This document shows, piece after piece, positions 8,810 to 19,046 of a stretch of DNA of 64,000 nucleotides (position 1 is the first letter of the stretch; each line of letters opens with the position of its first letter). Location of the stretch: IMG/VR virus record IMGVR_UViG_2882613001_000002, positions 1-64,000 of that record. The stretch is one strand, 5' to 3'. This DNA comes from a virus. Its lineage: Duplodnaviria; Caudoviricetes. A model generated the notes under the pieces. That model worked only from the letters and a program-made list of their open reading frames with translations, was not told the DNA's origin and did no database searches. The position numbers and the translations under genes are program-made.

Positions 8810-11199
8810 ATGCCCCTCCGCCCGAGCGAAACGGCACGGGCGATGTCCGCGGCGACTTGTGTGCGGGACTGCCTGAAGCTCTCGGCGTCGCGCGCCATGA
8901 CGGTGACGTTGACGCCGCCTGCGCCGTAGCTCTGCGCCTCCCGCCGCGACAGCACCCGCTCGCCGCGCTGCAGGATCGCGGGCACCTCGTCGTGGCGGAG
9001 TCCGGTCATGCCGCCGTCATGCATCCGGGGCGCAGCGGCGAAGGCCATGGCCGGGACCATGCGCGACGGTCCCGCGGACCCCACCATCCCTCCCGCATGC
9101 AGGACGTTGGCGAAGATGCCGCCCGCCCCGGAGAAGACGCCGGAGAGCGCGTTTGCGATCGGCCCGAGGATGAAGCGCCGCGCCGCGAGCTGGGCGAGAT
9201 CAGCCAGCAGCGAGGTAACCAGGTCGCGGAAGTTCAGCTTGCCAGTCTTCACGAACTGGCCGACCGCGTTCTCGGCCGACTGGAACGCGCTGACGAGGCT
9301 CTGGCCGATATCGCCGCCGATCTCCCGCGCCCGGCTGGCATAGTCCGAGAGCGCTGCCGTCACCGCCTGCCATCCGGTCAGGGCACTCTCGGCACCTTCG
9401 CCAGCGGCGGCACCGGCATCGGTCGCAGCCAATCCGGCGCCGTCGAGCGCGGTTTCGAACCGTTCCGCCGCGGCCGTGGCCTCGGCCAGCGCATCGGCGC
9501 CGTCCTCATCCGTGCCGCGCACCGCTTCGCGCAGCGCCTGCCAGCTTTCGAGTGGAGCGCGAGCGCCCTCGGCCAGATCGCGCGCCGCACCGCGATAGAG
9601 GTTCGCGGACTTGAGCGCGCGGTTGGCCGCGTCCGTCAGGCCGAGATCGGGCGCGGTCAGCGGATTGTCCTCGAAGGCCCGGTCGAACGCCGCCTGTGCC
9701 GCTGTCGTTGCAGCACTGGCCGCGCCCTCGAAGCGGTTCTCGATCTCGCCGAGGTCAAGGTCGGGCACAAGCGAGATGCGCCGCTCGGAGCCGAGCGCTT
9801 CCAGCCCCTGGTTGATGCCGCCGATGAAGCCGTTGATGCGCGAGACCACGCCGTTCAGCATCGCCTCAACACCGTCGATCAGGCTGTTGGCCGCCTGAAA
9901 CGCGAGATCGCCGATGGCGGCTGGCAGCAGGCCCCAGATCGCCTTGATCGCCTCATAGGCTCCCTCAAACGTGTTCGCAGCCGTGTTGCCGAAAGCCACG
10001 ACGCTCTCTATGGCGCTCTGCATGCCAGAGGCGGCATCGGCCTTCAGATCGAAGAACATCGCCGTGGCGGCAGCGCCCGCCGCCGCAGCTCCCATCTTGA
10101 TGCGTTCCCAGACCTCGACGGCGAGGTCCTTCAGAAGCGACATTGCCTCACCAAATCCGCCAGCTCCCGACACGAGGCGGGTGAACTGGTAGACAAGCTC
10201 GCCTGCGCCAACGATGAGCGCGCCGATGCCGGTGCGGATCAGGGCGCCACGCAACAGGACCAGCGCCGTGGCAAGCCCGCGCACCGACAGCGCTGCGGCG
10301 GCCATGCCAGTCACCCAGCGTCCCGCGAGGAACGCTGCGAAGGTGGCAGCATAAGTGGTCAGGCGACCGATCTTGTCGAAGAGCCCGCGGATCGCGATGC
10401 CGAGCGGACCGGCGCGGCTCGCGATCGCGGCCATGGCATCGGCGACGGCTTCCAGCGCGGGGGCTGCGGCAACGGCCAGCTGGTTTGAAAGCCCGCGCCA
10501 GATCAGCCCCAGCCGGGAGATCGCGTCATTGGTTCGCTCGATCTGGTCGGCATCCTGCTCGGAGACGACGACACCGAAGGCGAGAACATCTTCGGTCGCC
10601 TGGCGCAGTGTCGCGGTGTCGATGCGCGACATGGCGATGGAGCCTTCCTCGCCGAAAAGCTGACCGGCGATGGCCGCGCGTTCGGCGGCGGGCACAAATT
10701 CCTCGATGGCCGCGTTGATGGCACCAACCCGCTGGTCGAGCGGCAGGGCAATCAAGTCGGTCGCGGAGAGCCCCAGCCGATCAAGCGCATCCGCTGCGGG
10801 TCCGGTCCCGGCGGCCGCCTGACTGAGGCGGCGCGTCAGATCCTTTGTCGCCTGTTCGATGCCCGATATGGAGACGCCCGCCAGCTCGCCCGCGCGCTCC
10901 AGCGTCTGGATCGAGGCCACGGTAGTTCCCAGCGATTGTGCCAACTTTGCCTGTGCATCGACCGTCTGAAGGCCGGAGCGGACCATGGCGACGCCCGCGG
11001 CAGCGGCTGCGGCGACCGCTGCAGCTGCGGCAATCCGCACCCGTCGCGAGAAGGCCGCAAGCCGGGTATTGGCCGCTTCCATCTCGCGGCTCAGCCGTCC
11101 GAAGCCGCGCGATCCAGCTTCGCCGACACCTTCCAGTTCGGCGCGCACCTGCCGTCCGCCCACGGCCGCGAGGCGGACGGAGACGCGTTTCTCAGCCAT
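8806..11199 (-). CDS. Tail tape measure protein
   Basis: 797 aa Ala/Gly-rich helical protein after the tail assembly chaperone. Confidence 0.9.
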   Translation of the reverse strand: MAEKRVSVRLAAVGGRQVRAELEGVGEAGSRGFGRLSREMEAANTRLAAFSRRVRIAAAAAVAAAAAAGVAMVRSGLQTVDAQAKLAQSLGTTVASIQTLERAGELAGVSISGIEQATKDLTRRLSQAAAGTGPAADALDRLGLSATDLIALPLDQRVGAINAAIEEFVPAAERAAIAGQLFGEEGSIAMSRIDTATLRQATEDVLAFGVVVSEQDADQIERTNDAISRLGLIWRGLSNQLAVAAAPALEAVADAMAAIASRAGPLGIAIRGLFDKIGRLTTYAATFAAFLAGRWVTGMAAAALSVRGLATALVLLRGALIRTGIGALIVGAGELVYQFTRLVSGAGGFGEAMSLLKDLAVEVWERIKMGAAAAGAAATAMFFDLKADAASGMQSAIESVVAFGNTAANTFEGAYEAIKAIWGLLPAAIGDLAFQAANSLIDGVEAMLNGVVSRINGFIGGINQGLEALGSERRISLVPDLDLGEIENRFEGAASAATTAAQAAFDRAFEDNPLTAPDLGLTDAANRALKSANLYRGAARDLAEGARAPLESWQALREAVRGTDEDGADALAEATAAAERFETALDGAGLAATDAGAAAGEGAESALTGWQAVTAALSDYASRAREIGGDIGQSLVSAFQSAENAVGQFVKTGKLNFRDLVTSLLADLAQLAARRFILGPIANALSGVFSGAGGIFANVLHAGGMVGSAGPSRMVPAMAFAAAPRMHDGGMTGLRHDEVPAILQRGERVLSRREAQSYGAGGVNVTVMARDAESFRQSRTQVAADIARAVSLGRRGM

Positions 11200-11856
11200 G
11201 GGAATGATCCATCTGTTCGTTGAGTTTCGCGACCATCACCGCTTCGATGACGGGCAGCAGTTCGGCCATAATGAGCTGTGGCACGCCGAGCGCGTCACCG
11301 AGCGCCAGCGCGGCCGACATGTCCCAGCCGACGACCGCGCCCGGCAGGACACGGAGTTGGCCGCCGAGACGGTCGACCAGGTCCCAGACCTGCCAGCCCT
11401 CATAAGTCAGCGGCTGGTTTAGCCGCGTCGGGCAGTCTTCGCACGCTTCCGCGCAGGCTTGGCAGTATCGGTCGCCCCCGCCGAAGGACCACTCGGCAAG
11501 GACGCGGAGACGTTTTTTTCCTGTTCCAGCAGCAGGCCCTTGGACACGTAGGTCAGTTGGAATGCCTCGAAGATCGGCCAGATGTCCAAGAGCGCGTCGA
11601 TGGCCTCGGGGCTAGGCTCGATTGGTTTCCCGTCAGCGTCCCCGATGCCATCCCAAGCGAGAACCGCCCGGCGCGCCAGCGCCTTGGCGAAGGCGACGGC
11701 GCGTTCCTCGTCGGAGGCCTCCTCGGGCACCGTCTCGACGGCGGGATCGCTGCGGGTGGCCACCATCAGCGCGGTAGTCAGCGGTCGCAGTTGCGCCCGC
11801 ACGCCGGGGGCAAGATCATGCCAGCGTGGTGCATTCGTCAGGTCGAGCGTCAGCAT
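11192..11856 (-). CDS. Extended tail assembly chaperone (gpGT-like) via predicted -1 frameshift at A AAA AAC (11518-11512)
   Basis: -1 frame is open from the slippery site to TGA at 11194-11192: KKRLRVLAEWSFGGGDRYCQAC...WDMSAALALGDALGV...DHSHG. Confidence 0.7.
11419..11856 (-). CDS. Tail assembly chaperone (gpG-like)
   Basis: Position between tail tube and tape measure; slippery heptamer near 3' end. Confidence 0.8.
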   Translation of the reverse strand: MLTLDLTNAPRWHDLAPGVRAQLRPLTTALMVATRSDPAVETVPEEASDEERAVAFAKALARRAVLAWDGIGDADGKPIEPSPEAIDALLDIWPIFEAFQLTYVSKGLLLEQEKNVSASLPSGPSAGATDTAKPARKRAKTARRG

Positions 11857-12794
11857 CAGTAGGTCTCCACATCATTTACGAGAGTGGCGGTGCACATCCG
11901 GCCGACGACGCTGTCGCGCGCGGCCTGCCAGTCGAAGGTCGCCTGCACACCCTGCGGCCCGGAAATCTCGATGCGCGGGCGCGGCAGGTAGACGGCGTGC
12001 ACGGTGAAGGTGAAGCTCTCGCCAGAGGGCAGCAGATAGGCGAACTCTAGCTCGCAGGGATCGCCGTTGATCGCTTGTGTCACTAGCGTCTGATCGGCGA
12101 ACCGCACTTCGATGGTGCCGGTCAGCGCAGCGATGGAGGGGTCTGCGCCGTCGATACGACCATCCGAACGAATGGTCTCAATGCGGTCGAGGTTGTTGGC
12201 ATAGGTGATGTCGGCCGAGACGACATTGCCCAGGGAGGAGCCATTCCGCGTGATCGCCCCGTTGAAATGGCCGAAGCGCTGCAATTCGAGGGCGGCTGGC
12301 GTGCCTGCACTTGTTGCCGTGCCGACAGTCTCGCCCTGCGCCACCAGCCGGGCCGTTGCGGTCAGCAGACCAGAGCGCTGCATCTGCCAGTTGATCTGAT
12401 CGAGCACGCAGCCGGAATACATCGCATAGCGGGGCACCTCCGGCATGCCAGTCTCTATGGACATGTTGGGCAGCGTCCAGGACCCCGACTGAAACTCATG
12501 GGTCCAGGGCCCTGTGCCGGTCGTGGTCGGGTCACCAAAAGCTGCCTTCAGCCAGAACCCGAAGGCCTCGGTGTCAAGCGGCACCACAACATCGCCGTCG
12601 GCCGTCACCGCATCCTTGATCGGCGCCAGTGGATCGCGGCCGTAGCCGAGAAGCTCGGAGTTCAGCAGTGGTTGCTCCGCGCCCAGCGAGGTGCTTGCGA
12701 AGGGCAATTTCGTGAAACCGCCCACCGGGGGCGTTCCGTAAGTCGTCTCGAACGCAAGCGCCATCTGCGCCCGCGCCCCTTGGGCTCGTGCCAT
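11856..12794 (-). CDS. Major tail tube protein
   Basis: 312 aa beta-rich protein, MARAQGARAQMALAFETTYG; position before chaperone. Confidence 0.85.
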   Translation of the reverse strand: MARAQGARAQMALAFETTYGTPPVGGFTKLPFASTSLGAEQPLLNSELLGYGRDPLAPIKDAVTADGDVVVPLDTEAFGFWLKAAFGDPTTTGTGPWTHEFQSGSWTLPNMSIETGMPEVPRYAMYSGCVLDQINWQMQRSGLLTATARLVAQGETVGTATSAGTPAALELQRFGHFNGAITRNGSSLGNVVSADITYANNLDRIETIRSDGRIDGADPSIAALTGTIEVRFADQTLVTQAINGDPCELEFAYLLPSGESFTFTVHAVYLPRPRIEISGPQGVQATFDWQAARDSVVGRMCTATLVNDVETY

Positions 12795-12818
12795 TGTGTT
12801 CTCCTCGGGTTGTCGGGG

Positions 12819-13238
12819 TCAGCCGAGCGGGTCGGCCGTGGAATAGTGCAGCACCACCGGGATCACGGCGGCCTTCAGGCTGGCCGCGCCCTCGATCGGC
12901 AGATCCGCCGGGCGCGGCGCTTCTGCCTCCACCCAGTCGCAAAGGCCGCCCAACGTGCGGTCGGTGGCGAGCGCCGAGCCGATGCTGGCGGTCAACGTGT
13001 CGAAGGCAGCGTCACGGTCGGCGCCCTGCACAACCGCCTCGATCTCCGCGCGGTGCTGATAGTGGTAGGCAAGCGGCGAAAGCGTCACCTCGGGTTCGCC
13101 GGGCTCGCCATCGCGCAGGATCAGCAGTCCCTCCGCCGGTACGCGTTCGGGGAGCACCTCGCTGCGAAGGGCGGTGGCAGGCAGCGCCGAGAGCCGCGCG
13201 TGTAGCACGGTGAGGATGGTTTCGCGAGGAGTGGCCAT
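12819..13238 (-). CDS. Tail terminator/completion protein
   Basis: 139 aa, TPRETIL...ILRDGEPGEPE...; position before tail tube. Confidence 0.65.
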   Translation of the reverse strand: MATPRETILTVLHARLSALPATALRSEVLPERVPAEGLLILRDGEPGEPEVTLSPLAYHYQHRAEIEAVVQGADRDAAFDTLTASIGSALATDRTLGGLCDWVEAEAPRPADLPIEGAASLKAAVIPVVLHYSTADPLG

Positions 13239-13288
13239 GGGGCTTTCTAGTACCGAGTGTCCTGCAGCTTTGTTCTGACCGCTGAAGG

Positions 13289-14032
13289 TTAAAAAACGCC
13301 ATTCAACTTAAGAGGGTGGTAATCGATCGATTTCAGGTCTACTTCAAGTTCCGATGTGAATGGCGTCTTGTAGGTTTCTGCGTCGAAGCCGTTGAAGTTG
13401 GCACCGGCTTCGTCCAAAGCTTTAAACACTCGAGCAACTGCGGAAACAAACACCGGCATCATGTCAACATATACTTGTTTGTCAGGATATCGCTCTGCCT
13501 CCGAAACCTGCCGGATAGCATCTAACCCCAATTCATCACGAATGAGACAAAATCTCTGAAGCGCTTTCTCACCCTTCAAAAACCTGTCCAGGTACGGCGA
13601 CTCCGCCGCTGGATCTAGTCGCAACCGGAAATCATCTAGCTTGAAATAGGCAGTCATCGGCAACATGCCTTCACTAGTCATTCGATGCCGAGCCAGTAAG
13701 TACGTCGCGCCGTTCCATTGGTTTGGATCGCCACGCAACCACAAGTCAGACAAGAGGCCTTGGAATAGAGGGTGGTCTCGATGGTGTATGGCATTCCGTA
13801 ACGCGATCAGCGCACATGTGTCGCCGTGATCGAAATATGGAAAGTGAACTTTTGAGACATCATAGAGGGTGTGGAACGCCTCCAGTTTTGCCTCGAATGC
13901 CCGCTCCATGTTATGGATCGCCTCCTCGCGGTCCACGTCAAAAAGGCTCGCGAAACGACCATGGGCCTCGGTGTATAATCTCATGTAATTTGAGAGGTTG
14001 CTGATAGCATTTTCTATGGCAGCTAGGCTCAT
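13289..14032 (-). CDS. Moron: unknown protein with HEPN-like RxxxxH motif
   Basis: Visibly AT-richer than flanks; ALRNAIHH; interrupts neck/tail genes. Confidence 0.7.
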   Translation of the reverse strand: MSLAAIENAISNLSNYMRLYTEAHGRFASLFDVDREEAIHNMERAFEAKLEAFHTLYDVSKVHFPYFDHGDTCALIALRNAIHHRDHPLFQGLLSDLWLRGDPNQWNGATYLLARHRMTSEGMLPMTAYFKLDDFRLRLDPAAESPYLDRFLKGEKALQRFCLIRDELGLDAIRQVSEAERYPDKQVYVDMMPVFVSAVARVFKALDEAGANFNGFDAETYKTPFTSELEVDLKSIDYHPLKLNGVF

Positions 14033-14126
14033 CTAGGGCGTATCCGAATCTGCAACTTGGACGGGGTTGATCTATCACTTCAAATGTCAGTAACAGAGTG
14101 AGCCTTGAACGGAAGCCCCTTCGAAT

Positions 14127-14759
14127 TCAGTATTTTTCCTCCACCCAGTTTGCAACGATCAACCCCGGCACACTATCGAGCGCCCGTTCGGCATCACGGT
14201 CGAGGTCCAGCCGCTTCGGTAGCTTGACCTGCGGGACCAGCAGGAAGATCGGCGCGGTGACCTGGTTGCGGCCGGTTTTCGAGCGCGAGGCCACCGCTTG
14301 ACCGCGTTTGTTGATGCGGGCTCGGTCGGCGACCAGCAGGCTCGGACCTCGGCGACGATATACGAAGCGCAGGCGCAATCCGCGCCGCCGCTCCCATTCG
14401 CCCGGGGTGATACGTCGACCGCGCAGACCTCGGCCCGCAGCTTCGGTCGGGATCGCAAGATAGAACCCATCTTTCGAGCGGATCAGTGGAGCAGTGTCGT
14501 GTGCACCCACGATGATTGGAGCTTTCGACCAGACCAGAGCGGCGGCATCAAGGCTTTCGCCTGCGCGCGGGAACGTCTGGTTGCGGATCGAGTTGGCGAG
14601 CCGTCGCCCAAGCCCTGCGCCAGTGATCTGGGTCCGCCACGAAGACTTCAACCCGGTTCCGGCCTCGCGCATCGCAGCGGTGACGGCCTTCTCGCCCGCC
14701 TTCACCTCGGCCGCCATGGCGGCGACGAGGTCCGGCATGATGTCGAGCCTCAGCTTCAT
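14127..14759 (-). CDS. Neck/tail completion protein (DUF6441-like)
   Basis: Basic 210 aa protein after the head-tail joining gene. Confidence 0.7.
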   Translation of the reverse strand: MKLRLDIMPDLVAAMAAEVKAGEKAVTAAMREAGTGLKSSWRTQITGAGLGRRLANSIRNQTFPRAGESLDAAALVWSKAPIIVGAHDTAPLIRSKDGFYLAIPTEAAGRGLRGRRITPGEWERRRGLRLRFVYRRRGPSLLVADRARINKRGQAVASRSKTGRNQVTAPIFLLVPQVKLPKRLDLDRDAERALDSVPGLIVANWVEEKY

Positions 14760-15067
14760 GCCGGGCGCAGGTCCACGGTCCAGACCAGGCGCTCGCGGTC
14801 ACGGACGGGCTCCCCCTGGATAAGGAACGCGTCACCGTCGATTTCGATCCGATCACCGGGGCGCGGGTTCGCAACATCGGCAAGGCGCAGGTCAATACGG
14901 GTCGTTTCCGACCAGAGCCGTGCGTCGCCGAAGTCGGTGATCGCATCGGCCTGCCGAGCAACCACGCGCACCAGAACGGGCGCGCCGGCATCAGTGATGT
15001 AGACAGCTTCGCGTCCGATGTTCGGATCGGCGAAGAGCGCATCTACGATGGCGGCAAATGCAGTCAT
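14756..15067 (-). CDS. Head-tail joining protein (lambda gpFII-like)
   Basis: 103 aa, PRPGDRIEIDGDAFLIQGEPVRD; position. Confidence 0.75.
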   Translation of the reverse strand: MTAFAAIVDALFADPNIGREAVYITDAGAPVLVRVVARQADAITDFGDARLWSETTRIDLRLADVANPRPGDRIEIDGDAFLIQGEPVRDRERLVWTVDLRPA

Positions 15068-15402
15068 CAGAACGAGGCGTTCAGGCGCACGCGGCCGATG
15101 GTGTCACCAGCCCCGCCTGCGACAGCGTCGGTGGCGACACCGATCAGGGTGTTCGAGGTCGCCACGTTGGTGGTGCGCTTGTTGGTGTCGTCCCAGTAGA
15201 TCCTGGCACCCGCGGTCCAGGCCTGCGAGCCGATCTTGGTGAGGTAGAAGACGCCGGTGAGCACGGTCTCGACGGGCTCGCCGAGGGCGGCGGTGCCTGC
15301 CGCAACGCCGAAGATGGAACCGACGAGCAGGCCATCGCCGGAGGCGACGGCATAGGGTGCGGTCAGGGTAACGGTGTTGCCGGGCTGAACGAAGTTTTTC
15401 AT
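15067..15402 (-). CDS. DUF2190 capsid decoration/cement protein
   Basis: MKNFVQPGNTVTLTAPYAVASGDGLLVGSIFGVA. Confidence 0.85.
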   Translation of the reverse strand: MKNFVQPGNTVTLTAPYAVASGDGLLVGSIFGVAAGTAALGEPVETVLTGVFYLTKIGSQAWTAGARIYWDDTNKRTTNVATSNTLIGVATDAVAGGAGDTIGRVRLNASF

Positions 15403-15429
15403 GGGGGGTGATCCTCGTGGAGAGACGAA

Positions 15430-15451
15430 GGGCGGCCCGTGAGGACCGCCC
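15430..15451 (-). terminator. Hairpin after major capsid gene (possible weak terminator)
   Basis: GGGCGGTCC-TCAC-GGGCCGCCC followed by TTCGTCT on the minus strand. Confidence 0.35.
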
Positions 15452-15477
15452 GCGAGTCAGGGTTCAGGAAGCGGGCG

Positions 15478-17499
15478 TCACGCACCCGGGTTCTTGTATA
15501 GGCCGCGCCAGTCGATGGCCTTGGCGCCGAAGTCGAGGCGGCACTTGATCTCGACGCCGTCGACGTCGAAGCCGTTGCGCGTCTCGATGTAGGCGCCCTG
15601 CTGGCCCTCGAGATAGGCGTACTCGATGGTGTCGATCTGGTTCGGGCTGGCCGCCAGATACCAGGCGGTGGCGCTGGCCGCATCAAGGCGCGGCTCGCTG
15701 ATCGGCGAGAGCGTCCGGATCGACTGCGGCACCACGCTGGAGGTAGCAGCAGGCACGAGGTTCTGAGCCACGAGCTGTTCGGCCTTCAGTTCCAGCGCGG
15801 CGGGCACGATCAGAAAGGCGGGGCGGATGTTCAGCACCGTCTTCTTGTCGAGCCCGGTCTGCAGCGCCATCGCCGCACGGGCCGCGCCCACCGCATCGAC
15901 GGCCAGCGCCGCGCCGGTGCCCGCGAGGTTCTTGTGCGTGGTGTGGAACAGCGCGTTACCATCGGCCATCGCCGGGTTGGCGGTGATGATACCCCAGACC
16001 ACGTCGCTTTCCAGCTGGGCGATGGAGTTGCCGTACATCGCCGGGATGCGCGTGAAGGCGTCGAGATCGTCGTTGATCAGCACCTGCCGGGTGATCGCGA
16101 CCACCCGGCCATAGGTCTTGACCTTGTAGCTCTCCTTGCTCTCGCCCAGCGTGCCGCGCTTGAACTCGCCACTTTCGCCGACCTCCAGCAACTGCGGCGC
16201 TTCGCCGAGCTGGACGCGGTGCATGGATTTGAAGTCGGTGGCAAGCACCTGGCGGCAGAAGAGCGCGAAGGTCCGGGGATAGGCGTCATAGGCCTGCCGC
16301 AGCGTCTTGTTGGTGACGGCCGAGAGGATCTCGGGGAAGTCAGAGGTCGAATGTAGCGCGCGCGTCGCCACCTCGTCGCGCGACAGGCCGCGCGTGTTGA
16401 CCCCGGCATTGCCGAGGCTCTCGCGGGCGAGTTCCAAGAGCGTCATGCCGCGATACTGGCGCGCGGCATCCTCGAGCGGGAACAGCGTCGGGCTGTAGCG
16501 GTGCAAGAGCGCGTTCGCCACGGCATCGCGCCGGGTGATGCGCTCGTCCCGGCCGCCGAGAGGCACGGAGACATGGGGGAAGGTCCGGGTCTCGTCGGAC
16601 TTCGCGGCGACCTGGTCGAGGATCAGGCGGCGGGATTCGTCCACGCTGACGCCGCGCTTGACCAGATCCTCGGCGAAGCCACGCTCGAGGTTCAGCCGCC
16701 CGGCCAGATCGTAGATGGTGGAGACGCGGTCGCGCTCGGCCTCGCGGGCGCGGGTCGCGATGGCCTCGGTGTCGGGGGCTTCGGGCTTGAGGGCATTGGG
16801 CTGGCTGCGCGTTTGCGCCTCGGCCGCGCCGGTCTTGTCGTCGGGCATGGTGATCTCCTCGGTCGCTGCCGTATCGGTTGTGTCGTCGGCCGGGGCGGCC
16901 GGGGTCGTCTTGTCGGTCATCGGGGATGCTCCTTCGCTGGTTTCGGCGTCCCGGCGATGGAGGACGCAGTCGTGATGTTCGCCCTTGGCGCGGAAGCCCG
17001 CGGCGGGATCGGCGCCGACCGGCACGGCCGAGATCTCGAACGGGGTCCAATCGACCGCCCGCCAAAGCTCGCGCCCGCCATCGGGCTTGGAGACCTCGAA
17101 GCGGTGGACCTGGTAGCCGATCGAGACCGCGCGGATGTGCCCGGCCTGGATGTCGCGCCAGATCGGCTCGACATCGGCACGCTCGCTGATCCGCACCAAG
17201 GCGATGCCGCGGCCGTTCTCGATCCGGGCTGAACCCGGCACGACCGAGCCGATGACGGCGTCGAGCGTGTCGATTTCGTGCACCTTCAGGAACGGCGCGC
17301 CCGCGTTCAACCGGTCGAGCCGGACATGGGCGGGATCGAGGCTCAGTTCCTCGTCATAGGGTTCACCGAAGAAACTGGCGCGACGAACGCGAGCGCCTGC
17401 CGACCAGATCACTTCGACGGTGCGCGCGTCATTGTCGACGCTATTCGGCGCAAGCTCCGCCGACCGGCGCAGGGCCGGCAGTTCGATCATCGTGTCCAT
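15478..17499 (-). CDS. Prohead protease-major capsid protein fusion
   Basis: N-terminal protease (PFLKVH, EISAVPVGAD), low-complexity linker, HK97-type capsid (HSTSDFP, DFKSMHRVQLGE, IDWRGLYKNPG). Confidence 0.9.
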   Translation of the reverse strand: MDTMIELPALRRSAELAPNSVDNDARTVEVIWSAGARVRRASFFGEPYDEELSLDPAHVRLDRLNAGAPFLKVHEIDTLDAVIGSVVPGSARIENGRGIALVRISERADVEPIWRDIQAGHIRAVSIGYQVHRFEVSKPDGGRELWRAVDWTPFEISAVPVGADPAAGFRAKGEHHDCVLHRRDAETSEGASPMTDKTTPAAPADDTTDTAATEEITMPDDKTGAAEAQTRSQPNALKPEAPDTEAIATRAREAERDRVSTIYDLAGRLNLERGFAEDLVKRGVSVDESRRLILDQVAAKSDETRTFPHVSVPLGGRDERITRRDAVANALLHRYSPTLFPLEDAARQYRGMTLLELARESLGNAGVNTRGLSRDEVATRALHSTSDFPEILSAVTNKTLRQAYDAYPRTFALFCRQVLATDFKSMHRVQLGEAPQLLEVGESGEFKRGTLGESKESYKVKTYGRVVAITRQVLINDDLDAFTRIPAMYGNSIAQLESDVVWGIITANPAMADGNALFHTTHKNLAGTGAALAVDAVGAARAAMALQTGLDKKTVLNIRPAFLIVPAALELKAEQLVAQNLVPAATSSVVPQSIRTLSPISEPRLDAASATAWYLAASPNQIDTIEYAYLEGQQGAYIETRNGFDVDGVEIKCRLDFGAKAIDWRGLYKNPGA

Positions 17500-17504
17500 G
17501 AAGG

Positions 17505-19046
17505 TCAGTCCTGTTGGTCGGCCTGCGCCGGGTCTGTGGCATCCGCGTCGGCGGAGAGGTCGTTTGTCGGATCGGCGGCCGGATCGTTGCTCTGCGCGCT
17601 GCCCGTCTTGGTGACGCGGCGCGGGTCGCTGTCGAGCACCAGCCCCAGCGCGTCGAGCTTGGCGTTCGTCGCGGCGATCTCGGCCAGCACGGCATCCGGG
17701 TTACGGCCCTGCCGGGCGATCACTTCCGCCAGCGTCATGGTGCCGGAGCGGATCGACAGCAGGTTGGCCATCGCGTCCTTCTGTGGATCGACCGCCTCGA
17801 ACTTCGGCGGCGACCATTCGACCGGCACGGTCGGCGACGGGATCTGGCCCGCCGCCCATGCGGCTTCCGTGAACCACCGCCAGACGGGCGCGCAGAACAT
17901 CGGGATGAAGAGCTGCCATTGCACGGCGTCGATCTGGCGGCGGAACTCGACGAGCCCAGCCCGGATCGAGGAATAGTTGACCTGGCTGAGATCGCCGGTC
18001 AGCAGCTCATAGGGCACCCGGAACCCGGCCGAGATGGTGTGCAGGCTGGCTCGCTTGTATTCGCCATAACCGCCGGTGGCTGAGGGCTGGTTGAAGCGGA
18101 TGTCCTTGCCGCCGCGCGCATAGGCGATCAAGCCCGGCTCGAACTGCTCCACCCTGTTGCCGTCGGCATCGACCACGGCTGGCGCGATGCCCTGCTGCGC
18201 CTCGTCGTCGCCGAAGACGATGGCGGTGACGCAGGCCTCGGTCTTCTTGCGGACCAGTTCGGCCACCTCGTAGTCGTCGAGATCGCGCAACGACCGGATC
18301 ACCGGCGCGCCCCAGGGAACGCCACGCGCCTGCGTGCGCTGCTTTTCATAGATATGGGCGATCTCGGTTGCCGGGACCGGGCGGCTCTGCAACCCGTTCT
18401 GCAGTGACCCGTAGACGTCGCCCGGATGCTCGGCATGCAGCCAGTAGGCCCGGCGCTTGCCGACCGGGTCGAACTCGATCCCCTGCACAAGGCGTCCCGC
18501 GCCGAGCGCGCCGGATTTCGAGGCGTCGAGGAAGTCGGCCTCCAGCACCTGCAGTTGCAGGGGCACCGACAGGCCATCGCTCGCCCGACGCAGGCGGCGG
18601 CGCACCAGGACTTCGCCCGCCTCGATCATCTCGCGGCAGATCAGGGTCTGGAGCCCATAGAAGTCGAGCTGATCGTCCGCGTCGCAGTCCGCCGTCCAGC
18701 GTTCGAAGAGCGCGTCGACCTTGCGGTCCAAAGCCTCGTTACCACTCGCGGCGCGCGGCATGATCCCCGCGCCGATGATATTGTTGACCAGCACCGCGAC
18801 GGCTTTTGCCGCATGCGGGTTGTTGCGCACCAGATCCCGCATCCGGTCGCGCAAGAGCGCCCCGGCCACCCCGATCTCGGTGTCGGCCGAGGATCCCGGC
18901 GCGCGCCAGCCGTCCGTCCGTCGCCCTTTCGCGGCCCCGTCATAGCCGCGCGTCAGGGTCTCGAAGGCCTGACGGGCCAACACGCGCCTGGCGGCGGCCC
19001 GAGGGGCGACGGAGGCAATGGCCCTGTCGAACCAGTTTGCCGACAT
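17505..19046 (-). CDS. Portal protein, lambda family
   Basis: LRDRMRDLVRNNPHA, RGVPW, GDLSQVNYSSIRAG. Confidence 0.92.
   Translation of the reverse strand: MSANWFDRAIASVAPRAAARRVLARQAFETLTRGYDGAAKGRRTDGWRAPGSSADTEIGVAGALLRDRMRDLVRNNPHAAKAVAVLVNNIIGAGIMPRAASGNEALDRKVDALFERWTADCDADDQLDFYGLQTLICREMIEAGEVLVRRRLRRASDGLSVPLQLQVLEADFLDASKSGALGAGRLVQGIEFDPVGKRRAYWLHAEHPGDVYGSLQNGLQSRPVPATEIAHIYEKQRTQARGVPWGAPVIRSLRDLDDYEVAELVRKKTEACVTAIVFGDDEAQQGIAPAVVDADGNRVEQFEPGLIAYARGGKDIRFNQPSATGGYGEYKRASLHTISAGFRVPYELLTGDLSQVNYSSIRAGLVEFRRQIDAVQWQLFIPMFCAPVWRWFTEAAWAAGQIPSPTVPVEWSPPKFEAVDPQKDAMANLLSIRSGTMTLAEVIARQGRNPDAVLAEIAATNAKLDALGLVLDSDPRRVTKTGSAQSNDPAADPTNDLSADADATDPAQADQQD

Noticed and set aside
1-19046. 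Whole region as a gene transfer agent cluster
   Set aside because: Lambda-type terminase, portal and cos, plus replication, sigma and recombinase genes indicate a prophage; only the tail tip is GTA-like.
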